Shown here piece after piece: positions 35,589 through 45,138 of a stretch of 64,000 nt of DNA. Position 1 is the stretch's first letter. Each line of letters opens with the position of its first letter. The notes below the pieces were generated by a model that ran no database searches, was not told the origin of the DNA, and worked only from the letters and a program-made list of their open reading frames with translations. A program made the translations under genes and the position numbers. The stretch comes from a virus (Duplodnaviria > Heunggongvirae > Uroviricota > Caudoviricetes > Ackermannviridae). The stretch covers positions 49,328 to 113,327 of IMG/VR virus record IMGVR_UViG_2974616520_000001. One strand, written 5' to 3'.

Positions 35589-35604
35589 GGGGGCCGTAGC
35601 CCCC
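35589..35604 (-). other. intercistronic hairpin, UACG tetraloop on mRNA
   Basis: GGGGGC-cgta-GCCCCC between vWA gene stop (35612) and ACP-like ATG (35570). Confidence 0.6.
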
Positions 35605-35611
35605 TGAATTG

Positions 35612-37885
35612 TTAGACCTTGATCTCTTTCGTCTCAAGGGAAGCAGTTACAGTATAATCTTCGCCCCGGTTATTGATAACCATCGTCGGCTCTTCAAAGC
35701 TCAGATCACTGAACCAGCCGTGGCCTGCGACAATACCGTACATCAGCTTGCTCAGGGTCAGCTGGATCTGACGGGTAGCATCAATAGAGGCCTGCGTCTC
35801 GTCCTTAATCCAGGTGCTGATGATGGTGTCGCGTGACTTGGCTCCCGTTACCACAGGTGAGGTTACGAATGCCGTATAGTGGTCAATCGCTTCCTTCATC
35901 AGGCGGTCACCGGCATTGATGGTCTTCAGCTTCTTACCATCCTTCGCCGCTTTCTCGTTCTCAGCGAACTTCTTGATAGTCGCATCAACAGAAGGCAGGC
36001 TGCTCAGGCCCGCGATCTTCACAGACAGCTCGCGGCTGTAATAGAAGTCGGTCGCCTCTACAGAGTCTACAGCAGGTGAGAAGCCATAGTCGCGGATACC
36101 TTTACCAGACAGGAAGGCAGCGGCCTCGTCGCCATAGTCCTTGGCCAGGCCCAGGGCATTGACCTTACCGATCAGCTGTTCACGATAGAACTTCAGCACT
36201 TTGGTCAGGGCTTTCTGACGCTGCAGCTCAACGTGGGCATTAAAGAACTCAGTCGCCTGGATACCTTTGACCATCGCACGGTTGACCACCGGCAGGCTCA
36301 TCAGGTCGATCACATAAGAGCGGACGCCATCAGACAGAGACAGTGCCTTATCGTTCGGGATTTCAAACATGCCCACTTCGTGCTGTTCTTGCAGGTAGGT
36401 CGCGATCTCAGGTGAAAGGGCCACCGGCAGGGTCTTGATGTTGATGATCCCGTCTTTGATGATCGTGTAGTTGCGATAGATATGAGAAGGGATGCTCTCA
36501 GGCAGCGTAGGATAGTCTTTACGGATGCTTTCGGGCACAGCCACCTTTCCATCAACTGTGGTGCGAACGCTGACGTTAGGACGCGTCTCGTTGTACACAA
36601 GGGCATGCATAGGGGACGGCTCTTCACCAACCTTTTCAAACTCAGGCGTCCATTCGTTCGCTGACACCATCTTCGCCGCGATCTCTTTACGCTCTTCTTT
36701 GGTCTTCGCTGATGCCATTTCTTCGGCCAGCTTGTCGACAGTATCGTCTTCACGCTGAACCGTACCACGCCCGATGCGATTGTAAGAGAAGTATGGAGAC
36801 GAGGTGAGCAGCTTGGCATCATTGTCGGCCAGCTCGTTCAGCAGGTCCAGAACAGTGAAAGCATCTTCCTTCGGCACCAGGTTGTAGTTCACGCCGTCTA
36901 AGAAGCGGAACTCAGGCTCAAGCACAGCCTTCTCAATGTCAGCTTTGATCACCGAGTAGTCCTGCTTGGTGAAGCAGTTGTTGTACTTCTTGATCAGGTA
37001 GACGTCACCGAGCAGCTTGAGGATATCCCAGACCAGGTCTTGGTTCATATCCCGCACTGCCATCAGAAGGCAGACATACAGCAGCTGCTCGTCTTTGGTA
37101 TCGGCCAGGGCTTTGGCATCCAGGTTTTTGTTCAGCGCCCAGACAACTTTGACGTCTTCTGGGATATAGGCAGTATCGCCTTCGCCAGTTTCGTCAAAGT
37201 CTTTGACCTGGTTGAACACCAGCGTACCGCCATCAACGTATGCGATGTCAGAGGTGTACTTTGGCACACTGATCTTAATGCGCTTGGCAGCACCGCTCTT
37301 CAGGACGTTGTCCATCTGCGGTTCGAGCTCCTGATAGCCTTCTGCAAACACATGAGTTGCGTTCAGTACAGAGGCCATCTTCTCCAGCAGCGGGCGGTTA
37401 CAGTAATAGCCGTACTCAATGATGGTCACATTATCGAATACTTTGGAGATCTGCTGCGCTTTAGACAGGATCTGTTCTTCGGTCCACTGGTTGTCATAAC
37501 CATCGGTCAGGAAGGCCAGGCTGTTGGTGTTACCGTTCTTGATTGACTGAACAGTTTCAAACGCCAGCTGCAGAGGCTCCACAAACCCGGTCAGGCCAGT
37601 CGGCTTGAGGTAGCGGTCAATCGCATTGTTGATATTTGACAGATCGGTCAGGTTGCGTACCGGCTCACCGACGAATACTGCACCACACTGACCTTTGGAA
37701 GAGAAGTACAGCACAGACACAGTGTCGCCAGGCTTAACCAGAGTTGCCAGGTTAGATTTGAGGTGCTGACGGATTTTGGGCAACGAGTCATACATCGAGC
37801 CGGAGGTATCGACTGCGATGACATGGTTCGTCGGGGCGGCTTGGGCTACCGCGTTTTTGAACTCAAGAGAAGTGATCATATTCAT
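35612..37885 (-). CDS. large protein with N-terminal von Willebrand factor A (vWA) domain (757 aa)
   Basis: MIDAS motif VDTSGSM (DxSxS) near N-terminus followed by vWA-like alternating pattern; remaining ~550 aa unrecognised. Confidence 0.6.
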   Translation of the reverse strand: MNMITSLEFKNAVAQAAPTNHVIAVDTSGSMYDSLPKIRQHLKSNLATLVKPGDTVSVLYFSSKGQCGAVFVGEPVRNLTDLSNINNAIDRYLKPTGLTGFVEPLQLAFETVQSIKNGNTNSLAFLTDGYDNQWTEEQILSKAQQISKVFDNVTIIEYGYYCNRPLLEKMASVLNATHVFAEGYQELEPQMDNVLKSGAAKRIKISVPKYTSDIAYVDGGTLVFNQVKDFDETGEGDTAYIPEDVKVVWALNKNLDAKALADTKDEQLLYVCLLMAVRDMNQDLVWDILKLLGDVYLIKKYNNCFTKQDYSVIKADIEKAVLEPEFRFLDGVNYNLVPKEDAFTVLDLLNELADNDAKLLTSSPYFSYNRIGRGTVQREDDTVDKLAEEMASAKTKEERKEIAAKMVSANEWTPEFEKVGEEPSPMHALVYNETRPNVSVRTTVDGKVAVPESIRKDYPTLPESIPSHIYRNYTIIKDGIINIKTLPVALSPEIATYLQEQHEVGMFEIPNDKALSLSDGVRSYVIDLMSLPVVNRAMVKGIQATEFFNAHVELQRQKALTKVLKFYREQLIGKVNALGLAKDYGDEAAAFLSGKGIRDYGFSPAVDSVEATDFYYSRELSVKIAGLSSLPSVDATIKKFAENEKAAKDGKKLKTINAGDRLMKEAIDHYTAFVTSPVVTGAKSRDTIISTWIKDETQASIDATRQIQLTLSKLMYGIVAGHGWFSDLSFEEPTMVINNRGEDYTVTASLETKEIKV

Positions 37886-37956
37886 GCTATAGAGGTTCCT
37901 AAGTTATTGATAAATAGGGTGAGAGCTAACCCACCCATATTAAATGACAGACGGCT

Positions 37957-38415
37957 TTAGACCAAGCGGCCTGAGAATCGATCTTTGAATATCGCAATCA
38001 GATCCAGGCTGGCAGCATACCACAGCTCAGCGCGGGGGCCGGAGATGATAACAACCAGCTTGCGGTCTACCAGGGATGCTGCGCCCGACTTAGAAGGTAG
38101 GTCACCGGGGGCACATGGGCCAAACTTAACCAGTTTGAAGATCACATCCAGCTCAGCGCCACTGAAGTTCTGCGGATACTTCTTACCCAGCCACTCAGCA
38201 AAGTAGGCATCGAGTTGCTTGGTGTGATCACCAAACATCACCATCCCGCTCTCAATAATGATCTCATCGTCATCTTTGAAATTGCCGTTGAGGTCCATGG
38301 TCAGATCAACACCATTGACCTTGATATAATAATCGTCAAGATAGGCGTCTTCTGGCCAGAACTCGTTGTCATTGTAAAACTCGTTAAAGAGTCTACCCGT
38401 CGTTTTCACAGTCAT
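37957..38415 (-). CDS. hypothetical protein (152 aa)
   Basis: ORF in co-directional module. Confidence 0.45.
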   Translation of the reverse strand: MTVKTTGRLFNEFYNDNEFWPEDAYLDDYYIKVNGVDLTMDLNGNFKDDDEIIIESGMVMFGDHTKQLDAYFAEWLGKKYPQNFSGAELDVIFKLVKFGPCAPGDLPSKSGAASLVDRKLVVIISGPRAELWYAASLDLIAIFKDRFSGRLV

Positions 38416-38690
38416 GATAAATTACCTTTGTCAATCGATTTCAGAGCAACCATGTTAGCCCAACGTTGAAACGTACCCCGGTCTTCGTGCCCAACAACCT
38501 GGCCTGCGGCAGCTCTGATACAAGAAGCACCTACCCGCGCCACCGCATTTTTCAATGCCTCCAGGTCTTCATCCGAAATCGTGTCCCAGAACTCTTCACC
38601 CAGATAATTGAACAGGACATCCGGATCCAAGAGCATTTCACCGGCCAGCTGACGGGCCAGAACCTGCATACAATCTTCAGTTATGGCCAT
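38412..38690 (-). CDS. hypothetical protein (92 aa)
   Basis: ATGA overlap with downstream gene. Confidence 0.4.
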   Translation of the reverse strand: MAITEDCMQVLARQLAGEMLLDPDVLFNYLGEEFWDTISDEDLEALKNAVARVGASCIRAAAGQVVGHEDRGTFQRWANMVALKSIDKGNLS

Positions 38691-38702
38691 AATGGTGACG
38701 CC

Positions 38703-39542
38703 TTACTTGAACGAGTGAACGACAGAGCGGAAGATATAGTCTTTCGCCTGCTGCTCTTTGGGCAACTGGCTGTAGGCCACCATGCAAGGGTGTTCCTTCT
38801 TCTCCGCGTCTTTGACAGGGCCGTACACCCAACCATCGGCTTCCTTCTCAGCATACCAGCTTTCGTGGCTTGCTTCCGGGCCGTGCTCACCAGACAGGTG
38901 GAACTCAACACCTTTGATAGCAGACACACGCTGCCACTCAGGGGCTTCATTCCATGGCAACTGGCTGGTATCGCCCAGGGCCGCGCAATAGCCGCGATTG
39001 GCTTCATGACATGCCTTGGCGATCATGACCACACGTGGGTGTGAAATTGCGCTTGCGCCCAACTGTTCCCGTACTACTTCCAGAATCTTTTCACGCGGAT
39101 CTTCACCCAGCTGCGTGTTAACTTTAAAGAGATAACCGTTGGAAATGATTTTCAGCCTGGTACTGATCCAGCTTGTTTCACCTTGAAGGCTCATATCCCG
39201 ATAGCGTTCAGAACCAATGACTTCAACCAATGAATGAAGGTCATATGTATCCCGGTACTGCTCAAGATCACGCGCCTTCTCCAGTTGGCTGAAAGCAAAC
39301 AGTTGCCACAGCTCGGCAAAGGTGTTGTCATACGCATACTTCTCGCCCAGAGCCTTATCAAAGTTGGCCGGGTCGATCGCCATGGAAGGTTTGGAGCCGT
39401 AGATCACAAACCCGTTATCAAGCTGCAGATGACAGAACACCGCCATCTGGCCGAAAGAGGTTTTGGTTTCAAACTCAGTCGCAGCAATGCGAGACTTGAG
39501 ATATTCAGGAGTGAGGCGTTGGCCTTTACGCAAGTCAGTCAT
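38703..39542 (-). CDS. Gp49-like N-terminal domain + RyR (ryanodine-receptor-type) domain protein
   Basis: C-terminal SHESWYAEKEADGWVYGPVKDAEKKEHPCMVAYSQLPKEQQAKDYI matches RyR-domain consensus (HxxW...GW.YG...D...K.HP.LVPY.EL.E..K..DR); N-terminus resembles phage Gp49/Sf6 gp66 family. Confidence 0.5.
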   Translation of the reverse strand: MTDLRKGQRLTPEYLKSRIAATEFETKTSFGQMAVFCHLQLDNGFVIYGSKPSMAIDPANFDKALGEKYAYDNTFAELWQLFAFSQLEKARDLEQYRDTYDLHSLVEVIGSERYRDMSLQGETSWISTRLKIISNGYLFKVNTQLGEDPREKILEVVREQLGASAISHPRVVMIAKACHEANRGYCAALGDTSQLPWNEAPEWQRVSAIKGVEFHLSGEHGPEASHESWYAEKEADGWVYGPVKDAEKKEHPCMVAYSQLPKEQQAKDYIFRSVVHSFK

Positions 39543-39936
39543 TATTCATATCCTCAATTTGCTTTTGATAAAATTCGTTACAGAGTTTAACAACTTCATG
39601 GCATTGCTCAACACTGAACATACCGATGTGGCTATTCGCCTGCCGGATCTTTAGTTTACTAGCAAGCCAGATATAGACGTCCTTCCGGCTCATATGACCT
39701 TCTTGCCAGATAGGATCAAGATAAGAGTGGGCCTTCTTCTTAGCAGCACGCAGCTCAACATTAGCCAGGCGGCCCAGAGGAACTGCATCAGATTGCTTAT
39801 GGCAACCCACATAGGCCGCACAGGGTTCGCACTGCCAGAACTTGAGGCTGTGGAGGTCTTTGCGGTGTGGGTAAATGACAGCGCCGGTAACAAGCTGGGC
39901 GGGCTGACCGCAATAGTCACAGGGTACAATTCGCAT
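39535..39936 (-). CDS. zinc-ribbon protein, DUF3268-like
   Basis: CDYCGQPAQLVTGAVIYPHRKDL...FWQCEPCAAYVGCH signature. Confidence 0.5.
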   Translation of the reverse strand: MRIVPCDYCGQPAQLVTGAVIYPHRKDLHSLKFWQCEPCAAYVGCHKQSDAVPLGRLANVELRAAKKKAHSYLDPIWQEGHMSRKDVYIWLASKLKIRQANSHIGMFSVEQCHEVVKLCNEFYQKQIEDMNND

Positions 39937-39987
39937 CGAGTTTACCTAAAGAAAAGCCCCTCCGGAGAGGGGCTGGAGCGGGCCGGG

Positions 39988-40407
39988 TTATTCCTGGGTG
40001 GCGTTGAGCATCGCCTGCAGCTCTTCGATGGACTTGTCGCCCAACTGCTGGTCCTGTTTCTGAGCGATGAGGGCCGCCAGTTTCTGACGAGTCTCACGCT
40101 TCTCATCAGCCTGTTTGGCGCGGTCAGCTTCTTCCTGGCGAACGCCGAACACGTAGGTCAGCACATCCAGTTTCAGCTGCAGCAGGTCGTTGGCCGCCGA
40201 ACGAGTTTTCACTAGACCTTCCTCTTCGGTGGTTTTCAGCTGGCGGTTGATCTGCTTAGCCAGGTCGTTCAGGTTAACTGCGCCACGTGTGGTGCCGATA
40301 TCCCACAGGTCTTCTACAGTCAGCTGACCACGCGCTGAATCAAAGCGCAGTTTCAGACGTGAAGCCTTTTCAAACAGCTGGTCTTGTGATGCATTCAGGT
40401 TTGACAT
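39988..40407 (-). CDS. hypothetical coiled-coil protein (~139 aa)
   Basis: ATG 40407 with AGAGGA RBS (track start 40425 is TTG). Confidence 0.45.
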   Translation of the reverse strand: MSNLNASQDQLFEKASRLKLRFDSARGQLTVEDLWDIGTTRGAVNLNDLAKQINRQLKTTEEEGLVKTRSAANDLLQLKLDVLTYVFGVRQEEADRAKQADEKRETRQKLAALIAQKQDQQLGDKSIEELQAMLNATQE

Positions 40408-40451
40408 AATACTATCCTCTAACAAAATGGGTTTCAGTTAAACTTCAAGTT

Positions 40452-42488
40452 TTAGAACATAACTTCCAGCACGCGGTTGAATGCACCGCCTACCTTGACA
40501 TGGACGCTATTGGCAACCGTGGATGAGAAGCCCAGGCCGCTCAACTGATCAGGGGTTGGCTCAGCCTTCATTTTACCCGCTAACAGTTCAAAAACCTTAC
40601 GATGTTCTTTCAGTTCCGGCTTCAGAAACTCGTTGTAGAAGCCACGCGCCGGGTCTGGGTTCTGACAGCCATCCAGCATGAAGAAGTAATGCTTGTGACC
40701 AGTCTGTTCGCCGTCCCAGTGATTAGGTGAGAACATCATCATCTTCACAGGATGGAAGCTGTTGGTATGGATACCCCATGCTTCAGAAGCCTTCTGAGCG
40801 CTTTCAGAGTGGCCCATGCTTTCGATGATTTCAACGCCGTTCGCTTTGGAGTACTTGAACTTCAGTACCTGGACATCATCGCCGCCTCTGAGGCGGGCCG
40901 GGTGCTCAAAGGTGAAGACCTGACCTTTGTATTCCATCTGAACGGTAAAGCCCACATTGTCCGTTGAGCGCACGCTGTACTGGTTCACCACAACAGTGTA
41001 AACGCCTTCGGTCATACGGCTTTCTTTAGCCCAGGTCACGTTCTCAACCGGGTTTTCATGATCCTGCCCATCAAGGCCGTTCATGTCAACGTCCAGCAGA
41101 CCGCCTGATACCTGGCTGTGGCGAGAATGGCGAGCGAAGTAGATGTGACCACCCTTCGGCTCACGGATATGCAGGTCCAGGTCATCAGCGTTATGCCAGG
41201 CTAATGATACGCGCAGTTCGCCTTCAACGTTACCGCCTGCTGCTTTCACACGCTCTTTGATCGCATCGGCTACTTCGCCATTGTATGACCAGGAGAACGG
41301 ATTACCCCACTGGAAGAGGTTCGGAGCCGATTCATGTACCGGCGCAATCAGGCTGACCAGGTTCGCTTTCAGTTTAGGCGTGAACAGCATCTCCAGGGAA
41401 CCGGCCTTTGGCAGCACGTTTGCGATGAAGTCGGCGATGCTGATCTTCTCCACCTTATCCAGGGACTGAACTGGCTTGGCAGATTCTTTGGCCAGGACAT
41501 CAAAGGCGTTCTTCATCACCGGTTTGATTGAACGGTCGGCAAACAGAACGTTGTTGATGGTCAGGTCACCCGCTACAGCAAACCGACGTTCCAACGAATC
41601 TACCATGCCCAGCTCAACAACCTTCTCCTGCGCTTTCTTAACCATGGCAGGCGTTACCAGGGCTGTTGGGCGCTGGTAGTTGGTGCCTGACACTTTATCT
41701 TCAAACTTCTTGACCGCAACTTCCAGGTCAACGCCTTCAGACAGATCTTCCAACAGGGTGCCAATGACATCACCACGGAAGCGCCCACCTTTGCCCAGTT
41801 CCTGAGATACCAGCCAGCAGTGGTTGACGCGCTTCTCTTCAGGCAGAGCATCATACTCACGCTTAGCCTTAATGAAGTTGTTGACCACATTGCGCTTCTC
41901 AGCACCTTTGTACAGGGAGTTCTGATCAATCAGCTCCATGACAATGTTGGCAGAGTCCAGGCTGATTTCACGCAGTGAGCGCTCCAGCATTTCGAAGTTG
42001 GTACGCCATTCACCCAGGGTAGATGGGATCAACTCACCGCCTTTAACCAGACGCGGATGCAGCTTGGTGTGGAAGTGGTTCCACTCTTTCTGCTTACCGT
42101 CTTTGATTTCAAAGTTGCTCAGCTCGCCAACATCACGCTGGATGTGCAGGTAGCTATCGGCGATTGCGTGTTGCTTAACGAATGCAGCCATGGCATCAAC
42201 CACCGGCTGATAGTAGCCACCGACCTGGATATCCCAGATGCTGACCAGATTGAGTTCCGCGTCCAGAGTTACCAGTGCGCCCACATCACGGATGAAGCGA
42301 CGGCAGCAGGTGCAGTCATATTCGCGGCGCTCACGGAAGATTTTGTTGGTGCCTTCAGGGAAAGAATCCAGGTACAGATTGTACAGGACTTCTTCGTCCA
42401 GGGCCACACGGAACACTGGGGTGCTGTTGACCGTCATGTTGACGATCTTCTGGTTTACGGTATCGCGGAACTCTGCAAACGTTGTCAT
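40452..42488 (-). CDS. large hypothetical protein (678 aa), first gene of the module
   Basis: ATG 42488 with AGGA RBS; N-terminal Cys cluster (DCTCCRRF); no family recognised. Confidence 0.6.
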   Translation of the reverse strand: MTTFAEFRDTVNQKIVNMTVNSTPVFRVALDEEVLYNLYLDSFPEGTNKIFRERREYDCTCCRRFIRDVGALVTLDAELNLVSIWDIQVGGYYQPVVDAMAAFVKQHAIADSYLHIQRDVGELSNFEIKDGKQKEWNHFHTKLHPRLVKGGELIPSTLGEWRTNFEMLERSLREISLDSANIVMELIDQNSLYKGAEKRNVVNNFIKAKREYDALPEEKRVNHCWLVSQELGKGGRFRGDVIGTLLEDLSEGVDLEVAVKKFEDKVSGTNYQRPTALVTPAMVKKAQEKVVELGMVDSLERRFAVAGDLTINNVLFADRSIKPVMKNAFDVLAKESAKPVQSLDKVEKISIADFIANVLPKAGSLEMLFTPKLKANLVSLIAPVHESAPNLFQWGNPFSWSYNGEVADAIKERVKAAGGNVEGELRVSLAWHNADDLDLHIREPKGGHIYFARHSRHSQVSGGLLDVDMNGLDGQDHENPVENVTWAKESRMTEGVYTVVVNQYSVRSTDNVGFTVQMEYKGQVFTFEHPARLRGGDDVQVLKFKYSKANGVEIIESMGHSESAQKASEAWGIHTNSFHPVKMMMFSPNHWDGEQTGHKHYFFMLDGCQNPDPARGFYNEFLKPELKEHRKVFELLAGKMKAEPTPDQLSGLGFSSTVANSVHVKVGGAFNRVLEVMF

Positions 42489-42562
42489 GGTATAGATCCT
42501 TCAATTTCAAGTGAGTGGTGTTTGTTGACAGATTGAATATTACGGGCTAAAAAGTTATTGAA

Positions 42563-42838
42563 CTAATACTCCGGAAACCCTTCAGTCCAGAGACCGTAAT
42601 AGCGATTTTTGAATCTGGTGGCATGGCCGATACCCTTACCGCTCACACCATCGACGCAACCGCACATTTCCGGTGGCATCATAATCAGAGTGCTCGGAAT
42701 GAACAAGCAGATCAACCAGGTGAACAGATTATGGGACTTAACCAGATGTTTGATGTCTTCATATTCTGGTGTACCGGTAGGGAAACGGGAAACAAACCGT
42801 GGTGTTTGCCGAATCGTCATTTGGATTTCTTTAGACAT
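42563..42838 (-). CDS. hypothetical membrane protein (91 aa)
   Basis: ORF with one hydrophobic segment. Confidence 0.4.
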   Translation of the reverse strand: MSKEIQMTIRQTPRFVSRFPTGTPEYEDIKHLVKSHNLFTWLICLFIPSTLIMMPPEMCGCVDGVSGKGIGHATRFKNRYYGLWTEGFPEY

Positions 42839-42849
42839 TTTGTTAACTC

Positions 42850-43098
42850 CTAACGGACATGATAACGGATCAAGAAGTTGACGGCATCAATCAAAGTAGA
42901 TTCTTGTGTCCAAACCCAGCCCATTTCCTGAGCGCGGTGCTTGATAGCATTGATTTCAGCAGTCACTTTAGCCCAGTCCTGAGACTTCTGACTAAGGTTC
43001 TTTTCGCATACTTCATGTCGCTTCCACAACTGCTCAAAGCGTTCAGCCAGACGGGGGTCATGGCGGTAATCATCAGTTGGTAATGGCATGATAATCAA
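42850..43098 (-). CDS. hypothetical protein (82 aa)
   Basis: ORF. Confidence 0.4.
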   Translation of the reverse strand: MIIMPLPTDDYRHDPRLAERFEQLWKRHEVCEKNLSQKSQDWAKVTAEINAIKHRAQEMGWVWTQESTLIDAVNFLIRYHVR

Positions 43099-43313
43099 CC
43101 CTTTGGTAATATATGGTTAGGTGTCCGGGTTGCGCTGATTCTTGAAGCCTGAGGATAAAAGTGCTTGATCAGATCCTTTGCATGATTCTGGTTGTTGGCC
43201 ATCAGAAAGGTTTCTTTGCGCAGATCAGTCGCCACAGGCTCATCACCCGGCCAGCCAGCGGCGACCGTAGGGCCACCGCCTTTGATGACGAACTTTACGA
43301 AGTATTGTTCCAT
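43095..43313 (-). CDS. hypothetical protein (72 aa)
   Basis: ATGA overlap with downstream gene. Confidence 0.4.
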   Translation of the reverse strand: MEQYFVKFVIKGGGPTVAAGWPGDEPVATDLRKETFLMANNQNHAKDLIKHFYPQASRISATRTPNHILPKG

Positions 43314-43373
43314 GAGAGGATACTCGGTTGTTGAACATGGGGCTAAGTTACCTCAACCCCATTTATTGAATAA

Positions 43374-43724
43374 CTACATCTTTTCGTAATACTCTTTCAT
43401 GGTCATGGTACAGTGGCCAGGGTCACCGCCGTCATAATAGAGTTCAGAATAGGGGCGGACAGTAACAGCTGAATAGACCGGGTATCCGAGCTCTTCACAG
43501 ATTTCAACGAATTTGTGGGGTTTGCGTTGTGTTTTAGAGTTGCCAATACGGAGGCCAATGTCATAGATTTCACATCTGGTCTCGTACTCAAAGATCAGAG
43601 TGCCCTCATAATTGAGGACAAACCCCTTTTCACGCAACGCATCATATGCCTCTTCACGAGCAACAGGCGTGACCGGCGTCTTTAATATGCCGACCAGACC
43701 AGCAACGTATTGGTAGTTGCTCAT
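43374..43724 (-). CDS. hypothetical protein (~116 aa)
   Basis: ATG 43724 embedded in TTATGA overlap with upstream TM peptide. Confidence 0.45.
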   Translation of the reverse strand: MSNYQYVAGLVGILKTPVTPVAREEAYDALREKGFVLNYEGTLIFEYETRCEIYDIGLRIGNSKTQRKPHKFVEICEELGYPVYSAVTVRPYSELYYDGGDPGHCTMTMKEYYEKM

Positions 43725-43840
43725 AACAATACTCCCAAACCGACGCCGATGAGGAACACGACAGCCAAAGCGACCACCACACAACGGACAATAACAGATG
43801 AACCGTCTGACACTGCATCAAAAACTTGTTTCGGTATCAT
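43721..43840 (-). CDS. 39-aa transmembrane peptide translationally coupled on both sides
   Basis: ATG 43840 overlaps TGA of 411-aa gene; TGA overlaps ATG 43724; sequence MIPKQVFDAVSDGSSVIVRCVVVALAVVFLIGVGLGVLL. Confidence 0.35.
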   Translation of the reverse strand: MIPKQVFDAVSDGSSVIVRCVVVALAVVFLIGVGLGVLL

Positions 43841-45072
43841 TTCTTGAGTCCTCCAAACAGAGAAGTCAGACTCTTGGAACCACCAGATACAGCAACCTTG
43901 ACATCTTTAGCCTGGCCGTCATACCCTACCTTTCCACGCGGCTTCTTACCTTCGGACACAGCCTGCTTACAGCGGGTATACTTCTGCAATTCACAGAACA
44001 TGTTCTCCAGCTGCATCACATTCATGGCCTGGTCATGAGGCTCTTCCGCATGCCAGAACAAATCACGCACATAACCCATGGTGCCGAAGACTTCATCCTG
44101 GTTATCACGCAGCCAGAAGATGCACTCATCATGGGTCATACCAGCCTTGTTTTTGAACAGAAGATCGATGCCAGCGCGGCAACCCGGCCCCGAGATGGTG
44201 AAGTGGTTCTCACTGAACGGATACTCTTCAATGTACGTGAAGTCTACCCAAATCTGATAGGCCAGGAACGGGCCGAGACCTTCGATGTCGTTGTACATCT
44301 TCAGATAAACCTGGTCAGGACTGTAGAGGCACAGCAGATCTTCAAAATAGGTAGGGTACTTGTTGACAAACGCCCTGAGTGAACGGATCACCCGCATCGG
44401 CATGTAGGGTTCCCAGCCTTCGATCTCATAGCCATCCGGGTCAGATTCAGCCAGTTTCTTGGCTTCCTTGTAGTCCATCTGCACCGTGATCCAGTCTTCA
44501 GAGCCTTTCTGTACAGAGGTACGCTTGCGCAGATCGACCATCATACCGCCAAAGCGCTGCTCTTTGTGGTTGACTACCAGCTCAGGGAAAGCCAGACACT
44601 GCTTCAGACCGCCTGTGTTGAAGGCGTTGGTAAACACCTTACCGCCGACTTGTTCATGGAGTACCAGGGAACCACGCGCTTCATCGAGGTCTATTCCAGC
44701 AAACTCTTTGATAGTCCAGGGGCCACCCATCGCCAGGATAGGATCCCAGAGGTTGAACATACGGAACAACACGCAGTTGAACATCTTGTCAGCAAGAGTC
44801 AGCTTATCGTTCTTGATGATATTGTTAATGAGGTTAAGAGACTGCCTGTCGTGCTCTCTCCGGACGTTACAGAACTTAACCTGGCGTAGTATGGGATTAT
44901 CCGTCCAGGGAGCAGGAAGACGTTGGACATCCTTTTTCACATGGATATCGTAGCGATCTCTCATCCACTCATACGCATAGGACAGGATGGTCATATCAAG
45001 TTCTGGTACGGCGGCCTCGATCTTCTCACGGCGCACAGCACAGTAGGGTATGTCACGCGGTTTATCTTTCAT
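43837..45072 (-). CDS. large conserved hypothetical protein (411 aa)
   Basis: ATG 45072; no family recognised. Confidence 0.55.
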   Translation of the reverse strand: MKDKPRDIPYCAVRREKIEAAVPELDMTILSYAYEWMRDRYDIHVKKDVQRLPAPWTDNPILRQVKFCNVRREHDRQSLNLINNIIKNDKLTLADKMFNCVLFRMFNLWDPILAMGGPWTIKEFAGIDLDEARGSLVLHEQVGGKVFTNAFNTGGLKQCLAFPELVVNHKEQRFGGMMVDLRKRTSVQKGSEDWITVQMDYKEAKKLAESDPDGYEIEGWEPYMPMRVIRSLRAFVNKYPTYFEDLLCLYSPDQVYLKMYNDIEGLGPFLAYQIWVDFTYIEEYPFSENHFTISGPGCRAGIDLLFKNKAGMTHDECIFWLRDNQDEVFGTMGYVRDLFWHAEEPHDQAMNVMQLENMFCELQKYTRCKQAVSEGKKPRGKVGYDGQAKDVKVAVSGGSKSLTSLFGGLKK

Positions 45073-45138
45073 GGCGAATTCCGAATAGAAAAAGAGGAGC
45101 CTATTATAGCTCCCCTTGGGTTTATTGACGAAGGCTTC

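Noticed and set aside
43355-43375. Recurrent TTATTGAA(T/C) motif at about a dozen intergenic sites (e.g. 12975, 20513, 32966, 42550, 43362, 56186, 58892, 59882)
   Set aside because: Several occurrences are the spacer of the early-promoter cassette. Others are the codons CAA-TAA at gene ends read on the minus strand. The rest are consistent with AT-rich intergenic bias, so it is not treated as an independent element.
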